DNA of 64,000 nucleotides from Candidatus Cloacimonadales bacterium (GTDB lineage Bacteria; Cloacimonadota; Cloacimonadia; Cloacimonadales; JAIOQZ01), in NCBI GenBank assembly GCA_963662655.2, contig CAXXTU010000001.1:32001-96000 (forward strand), written 5' to 3'. Both the position numbers and the translations under genes were made by a program. Positions within the stretch are counted from its first letter, which is position 1; each line of letters opens with the position of its first letter. A model generated the notes under the pieces. It had not been told where the DNA came from and made no database searches. It saw only the letters and a program-made list of their open reading frames with translations. Shown one piece after another: positions 35,784 through 45,799 of this stretch.

Positions 35784-36839
35784 TCAGCTCCAAACAAGTT
35801 TATTCTTCTTCTCATCATCCTTATCAGGGTCTTTAAACCATTCGAAGTAAACATTTGCGCCCTTTTCTCCTTGCTCAATGAGATTATCCTTCTCCTCGCT
35901 CGTCAAATTGAAATCTGCCGTTTTCACTTTGAGGGTGTTAACGTAAATTGTCCTATTCCAGTCGTCCCCGTGTAAATGGCTGATACCCTGAGCGTTCATG
36001 ATGGACTTGACCAACGCAGTTGAGTAGTTGACAAAATTCTTGATCGGCTTCCTCTCCGTTGCCAAGCGCTTTTGGAACTGCGAGATTTCTTCTTCCGTAT
36101 CCAGCCTGAGTCCCAGGGTCTGGCGGTTGTAGACGAAAGCGTCAGGATCGTCTGGGGCGATATTGTTTTTTGTGTTGACCTTCGCGTAGTATTCGGGAGT
36201 CCCCACAGCCGCTTTTCTTTCATCTTCATCGATGTATTTCAGGCGATCGAAGAGCTTGATTGGATAATTCCGCATTACACCGCCATCTGTATAGATATCC
36301 TGATATACGCCATACTTCTTTGCAGTGAAGATTAAAGGCAGCGACATGCTGAGGCGCAGGGCTTTCACGATGGGCATGTTGGGATGATTATCGAGCGAAA
36401 ACACCTCGGAGAAGCATGTGCTCAGGTTCGTTGCGACGACAAACAATTCCGGCCTTCCGGAATTCACCAGGTCCTTGAACGTAGCATTCCGATTGCCAAG
36501 CACTTCCGCGATGCACTCACCGACCCATCGTTCAAAGAAGTCTCCGCTGGCCCATCCGAATTTTGCTGCGATGTTGAAGATATGCCCAACCCAGTTGATC
36601 GGGCTCCAGCTGGTCTGCATGAAATCCATGAAATCCGTGGTATACATTTTCTCTTTCAATCTGGCGGAATCGTAGCCCAAAGCAAAAAGCAGGGCGTTGA
36701 TCGCACCCGCGCTTGTCCCACCCACGCGCTTGATCGCTTCGATATTGATTTCCCTCTCGAGGACTCTCATCGCCCCGACGTAGGCGATTCCCTTCACGCC
36801 ACCACCTTCGAAAATAAGATTCCTGAATTGCTCAATCAT
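35784..36839 (-). CDS. Patatin-like phospholipase
   Basis: EGGGVKG oxyanion loop, GTSAG nucleophile, DGG motif. GGAGG RBS. Confidence 0.93.
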   Translation of the reverse strand: MIEQFRNLIFEGGGVKGIAYVGAMRVLEREINIEAIKRVGGTSAGAINALLFALGYDSARLKEKMYTTDFMDFMQTSWSPINWVGHIFNIAAKFGWASGDFFERWVGECIAEVLGNRNATFKDLVNSGRPELFVVATNLSTCFSEVFSLDNHPNMPIVKALRLSMSLPLIFTAKKYGVYQDIYTDGGVMRNYPIKLFDRLKYIDEDERKAAVGTPEYYAKVNTKNNIAPDDPDAFVYNRQTLGLRLDTEEEISQFQKRLATERKPIKNFVNYSTALVKSIMNAQGISHLHGDDWNRTIYVNTLKVKTADFNLTSEEKDNLIEQGEKGANVYFEWFKDPDKDDEKKNKLVWS

Positions 36840-36980
36840 GAACTCCTCCTTGTCTTTCGTTGTTGAATCGCATATAAGAAAGCCACAGAGATAGCCAACA
36901 AACGATTATTGAAGAGAACTCACTTGTCAAGAATATTAATAATAGTTTTAACGCATGCGAATGATCGGAGCATCTTTTAA

Positions 36981-37016
36981 AAGAAAAAAGCGCTACCGCC
37001 AAACGTCAGTAGCGCT
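36981..37016 (-). terminator. Intrinsic terminator after the 48-aa small gene
   Basis: AGCGCTAC (36989-36996) pairs with GTAGCGCT (37009-37016), with a T-tract on the minus strand. Confidence 0.65.
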
Positions 37017-37070
37017 AAAATCTAGATCCGGCAGAGATAACCACCTCAACCCGGCAATGAAAAAGACAAG

Positions 37071-37217
37071 CTATTCTTCGGTGTCGTCGAGGTCCTCTGT
37101 ATCTTCAGGGACGTCCCACTCTTCTTCCTCGCAAGCATCGAAGAAGTTTTTCTTGATCAAAAAGAACGCACCGGCAATCAATCCAGCAAAGAATAGGAAT
37201 TTGAAGAATTTTTTCAT
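37071..37217 (-). CDS. Small membrane-anchored acidic protein (48 aa), below the ORF-track cutoff
   Basis: Translates as MKKFFKFLFFAGLIAGAFFLIKKNFFDACEEEEWDVPEDTEDLDDTEE*. It has an AGGAG RBS and a downstream terminator. Confidence 0.75.
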   Translation of the reverse strand: MKKFFKFLFFAGLIAGAFFLIKKNFFDACEEEEWDVPEDTEDLDDTEE

Positions 37218-37512
37218 CCAAGGCTCCTGATTTATCTTCTTTTTTGTTTAACCATTTTCCCTTTGATGTTATGGATTCCATTACAACTTTCGCAAACCAT
37301 GAAAAGAAAACGCACAGAAATCAGAAGAATGCTTATCTTCATGAGCGGAACAAGTAATCCAATGATTTCCATCTCGTTTCCTCCATTTATCGATAGAATA
37401 TTCAGCCGCTTCTATTTGTAAAGTAATTTCTTGGAGAATGGATGATTTCTCTGGATTTGCTCTCATGAAAAAAGAATTGGACAAAAAAAGCCCTCTTGTT
37501 GATGAATTAAAC

Positions 37513-38259
37513 ATGAGAAGAAACACTATTTTCCTGGTAACCCTTATCCTTCTTGCCCTCAGCGGATGCAAAAAAGAGGGCGACCGGCCAGGCCCGGAAG
37601 CTGCCAACAAGCTCGTGCAGCCAGTGAAGATCGAGGCGTATGCGAAGAACAGCCTAATCGGGCACGCACTGATCGGATACATCGACGGCAAGCTCAGCGA
37701 CATTCGTTTCTACGACAGCAGCGAGAAGCTGATCCTGATGCTGATGCCTGAAATCGACAGCGCTATCAACCGAGTCAACTGGACCCTCCTTTCGAGGGGA
37801 TTCACCGCGACCTACAACTACCGCGATGACGGTCTCGACAGAATCACCTTCGACGGAGACCCGATCTTCTCGATCATCCGCATCGTCGGTGACAGCATGC
37901 ACAATATCAAACGCATGATCGCCGTAAAAGCCGGGAATGAGGAGTCGGATCAGGAAGATTTCCCAACGGAATCGCTCGAGATCGAGAACGAATTCATTTC
38001 GGGGAATCGCATCACCGCCTCAGCGATTTTCAGAATCGACGACTATGACGCCCCCGCAGGATATCTGATCTACCATTACAACGATTTGGGCAACCTTCAC
38101 GCGATCGAATATAAAAATCCGCTCATGAAGAAGCACGACGAATACAAGATATTGTTCAAATACTCCGGTATCGGAGAGACGGACCGCGACAAGATGCAGC
38201 AAATCGAGAGAACGATGCTCCTTCCGACACCCGTTATCTTTGAATGGATTCTGGATTGA
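37513..38259 (+). CDS. Hypothetical lipoprotein
   Basis: MRRNTIFLVTLILLALSG-C lipobox. Confidence 0.75.
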   Translation: MRRNTIFLVTLILLALSGCKKEGDRPGPEAANKLVQPVKIEAYAKNSLIGHALIGYIDGKLSDIRFYDSSEKLILMLMPEIDSAINRVNWTLLSRGFTATYNYRDDGLDRITFDGDPIFSIIRIVGDSMHNIKRMIAVKAGNEESDQEDFPTESLEIENEFISGNRITASAIFRIDDYDAPAGYLIYHYNDLGNLHAIEYKNPLMKKHDEYKILFKYSGIGETDRDKMQQIERTMLLPTPVIFEWILD

Positions 38260-38668
38260 TCGGCTTTTTACCAAGCCTGTCCCAGCGCATTTCGAACGCC
38301 TTCACAACAACATAAGCCAATAGCGCGAACACGAAGAATATCAAGAGCAGCCAGGCAATCCCCGAAAGGGAACCGATCACCGTGCGATACACCTCCAGAA
38401 ACAACCGCGAGTAGTTCAGCGGAATGACCTTGCTGTTTTCCAGGTACTGCGATGGGTTGATGTATTGCTCGATGCTGTTGATCCGCACGCCAGCGGATAT
38501 CCCCACGATATAAATCGCGAACTTGATGTAGCGCAGCCAGGCCGTGTAGATATCCTCGTTGATCAGCCGTTGCAGGATCATGCGAAGCGGCTTGCTGAAG
38601 ATCAGTACGCAGACGTTGCATACGACGATCGAAATCAGAAACGTCATCAGTAGCAGGGAAAAGAACAT
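38234..38668 (-). CDS. Hypothetical membrane protein
   Basis: Three TM segments, GGAGG RBS, last gene of the lemA run. Confidence 0.8.
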   Translation of the reverse strand: MFFSLLLMTFLISIVVCNVCVLIFSKPLRMILQRLINEDIYTAWLRYIKFAIYIVGISAGVRINSIEQYINPSQYLENSKVIPLNYSRLFLEVYRTVIGSLSGIAWLLLIFFVFALLAYVVVKAFEMRWDRLGKKPINPESIQR

Positions 38669-38721
38669 GCGTCCTCCCCGTTAAACGGTTTCAGAACTAG
38701 AGAATATGCTTTCGACGCTTT

Positions 38722-39486
38722 CTACCAACTTCCACTGGAGCCACCGCCGCCAAAGCCGCCGCCGCCACCGAAGAAACCGCCGCCACCGCCGAAGCCGCTT
38801 CCACCACCGAATCCACCGCGGGACGAACCGCCGGAACGTCCACCGCTCAGGAGCAGCAACCACAGGAGGCCGCTACCGCGCCGCCCTCTTCTCAATCCGC
38901 CGAACAGAATGAAAAGAACGAACACAATCATTCCTACCGGTATGTGGGTTACTCTTTTTCTGGATGCAGTTTTCTGGGTCTTTTGAAGCTCTTCCGGGCT
39001 GATCTGGAATTCCTTGGTGATCAGGCCCTCGAGCTGCGTTGTGGCGTTGCTCAGCCCTTCGTAGTAATTTCCTTTGCGAAAGCTGGGTATAAGGGTTTTT
39101 CGTATGATGTAATCGCTTTTCAGATCCGTGATAACGCCCTCGAGCCCGTAACCGACCTCGATGCGAACCTTTCTGTCGTCCCTCGACACAACGATCAGGA
39201 CGCCGTTGTCGTCTTTCTGGGTCCCAAGTTTCCACTTGTCTGCGACTCGTATGGAGTAGCTCTCAATCGGCTCTCCGTGCAGCGATTTCACCGTAAGGAT
39301 TGCGACCTGTGCCGATGTCTTTGCCTGGATATCGCGCAATTTCTGTTCGAGCTGCCTCTCTTGCGTCGAGGACATGATATCCGCCTGGTCGTTCACCGCG
39401 TAACCGCTCTGTTTGGGAACATCCAGAGCGAACAGAGGAACGAGGAATATAATGATCAGCGCTGTGGTGATGATTTTATTCGTCAT
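38722..39486 (-). CDS. TPM-domain protein (YgcG-like)
   Basis: VNDQA, DNGVL, RIEVGYGLEG, a TM segment, and a Gly-rich tail ending GGSSGSW. Confidence 0.93.
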   Translation of the reverse strand: MTNKIITTALIIIFLVPLFALDVPKQSGYAVNDQADIMSSTQERQLEQKLRDIQAKTSAQVAILTVKSLHGEPIESYSIRVADKWKLGTQKDDNGVLIVVSRDDRKVRIEVGYGLEGVITDLKSDYIIRKTLIPSFRKGNYYEGLSNATTQLEGLITKEFQISPEELQKTQKTASRKRVTHIPVGMIVFVLFILFGGLRRGRRGSGLLWLLLLSGGRSGGSSRGGFGGGSGFGGGGGFFGGGGGFGGGGSSGSW

Positions 39487-39488
39487 GA

Positions 39489-40169
39489 TCAGCGCTCCAG
39501 TATGTTTATTCGGTTCGAGAGTTCATTGGTGTCGTCCGCCTTGATGGGGAAATGCGTTTCGAGAAGGTTTCCGCACATCTCAACGGCCTTACACAGGGAA
39601 TCGGCCAGCTTCCGGTTACAAATGCCTTTGATAATGATATCGACAATATGATCCCACTCGTCCTGTGGAATCTTCTCCGCGATGCCCTTATCGGCGATCA
39701 ACTCGACTCTCCGCTCGAGCTGCGAGATAAAAATGAGAATCCCGGTGCGATCACGGGTATCGTACACGCCCGAATCGAGAAACTCGCGGTGCGCGCGCTG
39801 CTTCACCTTTTCTTCCCGGTATCTGCGCGGAACGATCAGACGATCGATCAAAGGGATATTCGCCAGCGCGTACGCGATGGAGATAATCAGAAAGCTGCCG
39901 AAGCCGTAGAACATGACCAGCGGATATGCCCTGCTCTCGACGCCCGAGCCCCAGAAAAGGCTCGAAAGCCAGTTCTCGATTCCTTGAATCCAGAACAGCA
40001 TCGCGACGAAGCAGACGAAGCCGCAGACAACGGCGGTCATCAATTCAAAAATCGCATAGCTGTCGCTCTGTGGGATCATCGCAAGGGCAATTTCACCCGA
40101 GGTGTTCTTCTCCGCCTTCTCTACAGATTTACCGATTCGTTCGATTTCCTCTTGCGCAAGCTTGATCAT
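39489..40169 (-). CDS. Membrane TPM-domain protein
   Basis: AEKNTSGEI, TRDRTGILIFIS, ADKGI, NELSN. Confidence 0.88.
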   Translation of the reverse strand: MIKLAQEEIERIGKSVEKAEKNTSGEIALAMIPQSDSYAIFELMTAVVCGFVCFVAMLFWIQGIENWLSSLFWGSGVESRAYPLVMFYGFGSFLIISIAYALANIPLIDRLIVPRRYREEKVKQRAHREFLDSGVYDTRDRTGILIFISQLERRVELIADKGIAEKIPQDEWDHIVDIIIKGICNRKLADSLCKAVEMCGNLLETHFPIKADDTNELSNRINILER

Positions 40170-40798
40170 TTATCCTTCGCCTTGTCCATCAGTTCCTGCA
40201 CGTTCGGAGCCTGATCCGCTCCTTGCTGGGCGGTGAAGTAAGGCCTCTCGTCAAAACCCATCAAGTTGGCAATGAACATCGCGGGGAACTTCTTGATCGC
40301 TGTGTTGTATGCACGGGCGGTCTCGTTGAAGCGTTGACGCTCGACCGTGATCCGGTTCTCGGTTCCTTCGAGCTGACTCTGAAGAGCCAGGAAATTCTCG
40401 TTCGCCTTCAGATCCGGATATCTTTCCACCACGACCATCAGCCGGGAGAGCGCACCGCCAAGAGAATTCTGCGCTTGCTGGAACTGCTGGAAAGCAGCCG
40501 GGTTGTTCAGCATGTCTTGACCGACCTGGATCGTGCCGCCAACCTTTGCGCGAGCTTCGGTAACGGCAGTCAGCGTTTCCTGCTCGTGAATGGCGTATCC
40601 CTGAACGGTCGCGACAAGATTGGGAATTAAATCGAAGCGACGTTGGTAAACGTTCTCGACCTGGCTCCATTTCTCCTTAACGGCTTCGTCCATCGCCACA
40701 AGCGAGTTATAGGTGTTTTTACCCCAGATAAATACGGATATTACGGCAATAAGCAGTATCGCAAAAACGATAAGACAACCAATCGCGAATTTCTTCAT
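40166..40798 (-). CDS. lemA: LemA family protein
   Basis: YQRRFDLIPNLV, ERYPDLKA, QLEGTENRI. Confidence 0.95.
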   Translation of the reverse strand: MKKFAIGCLIVFAILLIAVISVFIWGKNTYNSLVAMDEAVKEKWSQVENVYQRRFDLIPNLVATVQGYAIHEQETLTAVTEARAKVGGTIQVGQDMLNNPAAFQQFQQAQNSLGGALSRLMVVVERYPDLKANENFLALQSQLEGTENRITVERQRFNETARAYNTAIKKFPAMFIANLMGFDERPYFTAQQGADQAPNVQELMDKAKDK

Positions 40799-40840
40799 TT
40801 CTCCTCCAGCGTGATATAAAAATTGTGTATTGAAAGAATG

Positions 40841-41155
40841 TTATTTCTTGGGTTCACTGTTTTCAGTATCTTTGTCTTCGTTCGTTTCGTTTCCACGGAT
40901 GTAGGTTGTGGGTTCTTCGTTCAGATTGCTGAGCTGGCTAATGAACCGATTGAAACTCAGGTTGGCAACGCGCATGTAGATACCGAAAAGCACAAAACCA
41001 AGAACGATCGTCATCAAACTCAGGTAGAAATAGAATTCGATATCTGTATCACCGATAAATTTCATGAAAAAGAATCCGAAGCCAAGAATCCCGGCAGCCA
41101 GGAAAATATATGCAAGCACAGTAAAAATTCTGTTTACAATCGTAGGATTTACCAT
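40841..41155 (-). CDS. Small hypothetical membrane protein (2 TM)
   Basis: Two hydrophobic helices, AAGGGG RBS, co-oriented with lemA. Confidence 0.65.
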   Translation of the reverse strand: MVNPTIVNRIFTVLAYIFLAAGILGFGFFFMKFIGDTDIEFYFYLSLMTIVLGFVLFGIYMRVANLSFNRFISQLSNLNEEPTTYIRGNETNEDKDTENSEPKK

Positions 41156-41352
41156 TTTATCCCCTTTTCGAGAAAATTCATTTTATCACAATCTATATCA
41201 TGTGTCTTTTATCTTTTAAATTGTCAAGCACAAATATGAATTATCCGCGATACACAGTCTTGAAGCATCGTGCAAAATCGAAGCGGGACGATTCTCCAAA
41301 GGTTTTCCTCGACAGATTCACCGCCGGGTGATCACCTGCAACCGGAGGCGAA

Positions 41353-42231
41353 ATGAACGAGGCCGAGTTTTCCAGGTTTGTGAGCAACCACCAAGTTGTC
41401 CTTCTCGACGGGGGTTGGGGGCATCAATTGCTCCAATACGGCACTCCATGCCCCGATTACCTGAACATCGTAAATCCCGCCGCTGTAAAGAAGATTGCCG
41501 AATCATTCCTTCGAGCCGGATCGGCCATCATCGGTACGAACACCTTTGGGGCCAACAGAATTCGACTCAGTGATCTCGACTTGGATAAGCACGCAAGAGA
41601 GATCAATCGACGCGGTGCGGACATTTCCCTGAATGCAGCCGCCGGCAAAGCCCTTGTGGCGGGGACAATCGGACCGGCGGTCAGCGTGTGGAACATATCG
41701 CTCTCGAATCGGCTTTACGATTGTTTCGCCGAGCAGGCGATGTTCCTCAGCGATGCCGGCGTTGACCTCCTCTGCCTCGAGACCATGCAGGACATCCGGC
41801 AACTGGAGATCGCACTCGTTGCCAGCTACGAGGCATGCGGATTACCGGTTCTGTGCAGCGTTTCCCCTCCTCGCGGCGAGCGGGAATCTCGATCCGGGCT
41901 TGTCATCGCTTGTTGCGAATTCGCCGTCCGTCACTGCGTAGTAGCTTTTGGCGTCAATTGCGGTGAAAGCGCGGACGACCTCCTCCCTTTCATCGAGCCA
42001 CTCCGCAGCGTTTTCCCGGAAACGCCCATCCTTTTCAAGCCCAGCGCCGGTGTTCCCGAAAAGATCGACGGTCAATGGCGTTATCCGATCAAGCCGGAGC
42101 CGTTCGCGCAGTACATCCGGGAAGCCGTAAACGCCGGAGCGAAACTCGTGGGTGGTTGCTGCGGAACGGATGCCTCCTACATTGAAGAGACACGCACAAT
42201 ATTGAATGATATAAACCCGGAGGAGTCATGA
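41353..42231 (+). CDS. Homocysteine S-methyltransferase family protein (stand-alone domain)
   Basis: LLDGG.G, TNTFGA, ET, and Zn ligands GVNC and GGCCGT. Confidence 0.9.
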   Translation: MNEAEFSRFVSNHQVVLLDGGWGHQLLQYGTPCPDYLNIVNPAAVKKIAESFLRAGSAIIGTNTFGANRIRLSDLDLDKHAREINRRGADISLNAAAGKALVAGTIGPAVSVWNISLSNRLYDCFAEQAMFLSDAGVDLLCLETMQDIRQLEIALVASYEACGLPVLCSVSPPRGERESRSGLVIACCEFAVRHCVVAFGVNCGESADDLLPFIEPLRSVFPETPILFKPSAGVPEKIDGQWRYPIKPEPFAQYIREAVNAGAKLVGGCCGTDASYIEETRTILNDINPEES

Positions 42232-42677
42232 ACATCGAGAACATTCAGGAACTCACATCGCTATTGCAATCGTCCATCGCACCGGTCGTGCTGATATCGG
42301 GAATCGGCCTGCTGCTACTCTCCATGACAAATCGGATCGGGCGCGTGATCGACCGGGTCCGGCAGCTCACGGACGAAAAAAAAATTGTCTCGCCGGAAGT
42401 TGAACGCTTCACAAACAAGCAGGTGAACAACCTCTATCACAGGGCGAGAAACCTGCGCCTCTCCATCATTCTTGCGATCGGATCGGTGCTGATGGCTTCG
42501 CTTATCATCATTACGCTTTTCATCCTGCAATTGATGAGGATCGATCTCACCATCGTCATCGTGATGGAGTTCGTGCTTTGCCTGGTATTCCTGATCCTTG
42601 CGCTACTGTTGTACATCAAGGACATCAGCCTGACCCTGAAAGCCCTGGACTACAAAATGGAGCAGGACGGGAAATAG
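42228..42677 (+). CDS. DUF2721-like membrane protein
   Basis: SIAPVVLISGIGLLLLSMTNRIGRVIDR signature. Confidence 0.8.
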   Translation: MNIENIQELTSLLQSSIAPVVLISGIGLLLLSMTNRIGRVIDRVRQLTDEKKIVSPEVERFTNKQVNNLYHRARNLRLSIILAIGSVLMASLIIITLFILQLMRIDLTIVIVMEFVLCLVFLILALLLYIKDISLTLKALDYKMEQDGK

Positions 42678-42691
42678 TCGACAGCCGATAA

Positions 42692-43204
42692 TCAGAGATA
42701 CTCCACTAGCTCCGCAAGAGGCTTTCTCTTCAGGTGGCGCTCCGGAACTTCGTCCTTTTTGGGGTAACCCACGGGCAGGATCACCACGGGCTCGATTCCT
42801 TCCGGAAGTTTCAGCGACTGGCTCAGCATGAAGGAATCGAAGTAACCGACCCAGCATGTTCCCAGCCCCATTTCCGTGGCGGCGAGCGTCATGTGATCCA
42901 CGGCAATCGCAGCGTCCACATCGCCGTAGCTCTTGCCGTCCGGACGACGCCACGCCTGCGAGTGATCGACGCATATCACGATGAACACCGGGACTTCCTC
43001 CGCCCACTTGCGCGGGTATGCCCTGACGACATGTTCTTTCGCCTCGGGTGATTCGACCACCAGGAACTTGAACGGTTGAAGGTTCTTCGCTGTCGGCGCA
43101 AGGCGTGCCGCTTCCAGTATCTTCTCGATTTTATCCTTCTCCACCGTACGATCCGAATAGCTCCGAACGGAGTAACGGTTTTTGACTAACTCGATGAATT
43201 CCAT
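42692..43204 (-). CDS. Nitroreductase family protein
   Basis: RYSVRSY, APTAKNLQP, GLGTCW, GYP, RKPL. Confidence 0.93.
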   Translation of the reverse strand: MEFIELVKNRYSVRSYSDRTVEKDKIEKILEAARLAPTAKNLQPFKFLVVESPEAKEHVVRAYPRKWAEEVPVFIVICVDHSQAWRRPDGKSYGDVDAAIAVDHMTLAATEMGLGTCWVGYFDSFMLSQSLKLPEGIEPVVILPVGYPKKDEVPERHLKRKPLAELVEYL

Positions 43205-43316
43205 AGCTTTTCTCCTTTTCTTCGCAGATTATCGCAAACCGGGGAATCGTCAACTGAAAAGTGATCGCTCGTTGGAAGCCACGCACGGAGAAATTCCTTG
43301 CCGGTTAAAATACTGG

Positions 43317-43364
43317 TTGACAAATGGAGCGAATCGCACGATATTGAGAATGATATTCAGTCTC
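43317..43364 (+). promoter_or_regulatory. Sigma70 promoter with adjacent Fur-like box upstream of feoB
   Basis: TTGACA (43317-43322), N17, GATATT (43340-43345). GAGAATGATATTCAGTCTC (43346-43364) matches 15/19 of GATAATGATAATCATTATC. Confidence 0.75.
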
Positions 43365-43380
43365 AAAAATGGGAGTCGAA

Positions 43381-45639
43381 ATGGATCAGGTTACAATCGC
43401 TCTGGCCGGAAACCCGAACTCGGGCAAGACAACGCTTTTCAACGCACTTACGGGCGCAAAGCAGCGCATCGGTAACTGGCCGGGCGTTACGGTCGAGCAC
43501 AAGGAAGGCTCTTACCAGGATGGCGATACTCGCATCAACGTGATCGATCTCCCGGGGATTTATTCCTTCTCCGCGTGGTCGGTCGATGAGAAAGTCTCCC
43601 GCGAGTATATCCTCTACCAGAAACCGGACGTGGTCGTCAACATCATCGACGCCTCCAACCTGGAGCGGAATCTATACCTGACCACCCAGCTTCTGGAGAT
43701 TCAGGCCCCTATCGTGGTCGCGCTGAACATGATCGACGTCGTTCAGAAGCAGAAGATTCGCATCGAGATCGAGCACCTTGAGCGCCACCTCGGCTGCCCG
43801 GTGATTCCGATGGTCGCAAGCCGCAAAGAGGGCCTGGACGAGCTGAAGAAGAAGGTTCTCGAAATCGCCGATTCACGCCGGGTATCCCCCACACGGGTCG
43901 CTTACGACTCCGTGGTCGAGACATCCCTGAAAGAATTGCGGCCCAAACTGGAATCGATTGCTGCCGACAAGAAAGTGGATTCTCGCTGGCTGGCAATCAA
44001 GCTCCTGGAGAACGACCCCATCGGCGCTGAGATCACCCAAGATCAATTCAAGGAAGAAGTCGCGAAACACGCGTCGAAGATCGAGAAGCATGTCGGCGAT
44101 TCGATTGAAATTGTCGTAGCCGATGGTCGGTACGGGTTCATTCATGGCCTGGTCAAGGATGTGACGCATCGCGATTTCGAGTTCCGCAAGACGGTCTCCG
44201 ACAGCATCGACCGCGTGGTGCTGAACCGTATTCTCGGGATTCCGATCTTCCTCGCGGTCATGTACCTGCTCTTCTTTTTGACGATCAACCTTGGCAATCC
44301 ATTCATCTTTTTCTTCGACAGGCTTTTCGGAGCAATCTTTGTAGACGGATTCGGATCAGTTCTGCAATCGATCGGCTCTCCGGGATGGTTGAACCTCTTT
44401 CTGGCTAAAGGACTCGGGGAAGGCATCCGCGTGGTTTCGACCTTCATCCCCCCCATTTTCTTCATCTTCCTTTTCCTCTCGTTTCTGGAGGACTCCGGCT
44501 ACATGGCGCGCGCTGCGTTCGTCATGGATCGCTTCATGCTCGTGATCGGCTTACCCGGAAAGGCGTTCATCCCGATGCTGATCGGCTTCGGCTGCAACGT
44601 CCCAGCAATCATGGCAACGCGCACGCTGGAGAACCACCGCGACCGCATTCTCACCATACTCGTGAATCCCCTGATGTCCTGCGGTGCGAGGATTCCCGTG
44701 TACGTGCTCTTCGCGACGATCTTTTTCCCACAGCGAGGCGGAACGGTGATCTTCGGACTTTACATGACAGGCATCCTGCTGGCGATCGTCTCCGGCCTGA
44801 TCTTCAAGCGAACCCTCCTGCAGGGCGAGACATCGACCTTCGTCATGGAGCTGCCCTCGTACCATATCCCCACGTTCAACGGCGTGATGCTGCATACGTG
44901 GATCCGGCTCAAATCGTTCATTTTCCGCGCCGGAAGGCTGATCATGTTTTTCATCATCCTGTTGAGCATCCTGGGGTCTCTCGGCACCGACGGTACCATC
45001 CACGAGGATTTCTCCGACAACTCCGTGCTTTCGGCGATCGGGAAATTCATCTCGCCGGTTTTTCGTCCCATGGGTATCGAGAAGGACAACTGGGAAGCGG
45101 CGGTCGGTCTCTTCACCGGCATTTTTTCCAAAGAAGCGGTTGTGGGCACGTTGAATGCGCTCTACGCCCGTGTGGATACCGCTCAGCAAGAAGCTTCCTT
45201 CAATTTCTGGCAGGAGGTGAGCGCATCGTTCCGACAGCTTCCCCTTGACCTCGGCGACGCCTTGAGAAGCTTTACGGATCCACTGGGTATATCCTCCGAG
45301 CTCGAGGAGACCGAGACCGACTCCTCCATCAGCGAGGTTTTCCACCGCAAGTTCACGTCCATCGCGTCTGTTATCGCGTACCTTCTGTTCATCCTGATCT
45401 ACACGCCATGTATCGCTGCAATCGCGGCCACCTACCGTGAAACGAACGCCGGATGGGCCATTTTCTCCGTGGTTTACCTCACCGGCCTGGCCTGGCTTAT
45501 CGCGACGATATTCTTCCAGATTTCCACCTTCCCGTTGCATCCCGAAAGCTCGGCGATCTGGCTCGCGGGTTGTCTCGCCACAGTCGGCCTTTTCTTCGGA
45601 GCAATCCGCTTTTGGGGTAAAACGCATCCCATCGAGTAG
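43381..45639 (+). CDS. feoB: Ferrous iron transporter B
   Basis: GNPNSGKT, NWPGVTV, DLPG, NMID, EDSGYMAR, GFGC, YTPC. The GGGAG RBS favours the start at 43381. Confidence 0.97.
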   Translation: MDQVTIALAGNPNSGKTTLFNALTGAKQRIGNWPGVTVEHKEGSYQDGDTRINVIDLPGIYSFSAWSVDEKVSREYILYQKPDVVVNIIDASNLERNLYLTTQLLEIQAPIVVALNMIDVVQKQKIRIEIEHLERHLGCPVIPMVASRKEGLDELKKKVLEIADSRRVSPTRVAYDSVVETSLKELRPKLESIAADKKVDSRWLAIKLLENDPIGAEITQDQFKEEVAKHASKIEKHVGDSIEIVVADGRYGFIHGLVKDVTHRDFEFRKTVSDSIDRVVLNRILGIPIFLAVMYLLFFLTINLGNPFIFFFDRLFGAIFVDGFGSVLQSIGSPGWLNLFLAKGLGEGIRVVSTFIPPIFFIFLFLSFLEDSGYMARAAFVMDRFMLVIGLPGKAFIPMLIGFGCNVPAIMATRTLENHRDRILTILVNPLMSCGARIPVYVLFATIFFPQRGGTVIFGLYMTGILLAIVSGLIFKRTLLQGETSTFVMELPSYHIPTFNGVMLHTWIRLKSFIFRAGRLIMFFIILLSILGSLGTDGTIHEDFSDNSVLSAIGKFISPVFRPMGIEKDNWEAAVGLFTGIFSKEAVVGTLNALYARVDTAQQEASFNFWQEVSASFRQLPLDLGDALRSFTDPLGISSELEETETDSSISEVFHRKFTSIASVIAYLLFILIYTPCIAAIAATYRETNAGWAIFSVVYLTGLAWLIATIFFQISTFPLHPESSAIWLAGCLATVGLFFGAIRFWGKTHPIE

Positions 45640-45799
45640 CGTCGCAAAACCGTACGATTTCGTTCACCCCCTCTTTAAAATCGGAAACGAACAGCACCCT
45701 TTTTTGCGAATTGCTTGACGTTAACCGCCTTTTCGTAATGGTATTGGTTTTGCTTGTATTCAAAGAAAAACGCTTCAAAATAAATTCAATGGAGATGCG

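Noticed and set aside
35784..36839. CBASS CapV-type defence effector
   Set aside because: No CD-NTase or other defence genes are adjacent. The gene is stand-alone with its own terminator.
38722..38840. GGC/GGT tandem repeats
   Set aside because: They encode the normal Gly-rich tail of YgcG/TPM proteins.
41156..41352. SAM or cobalamin riboswitch before the homocysteine methyltransferase
   Set aside because: No recognisable conserved riboswitch core.
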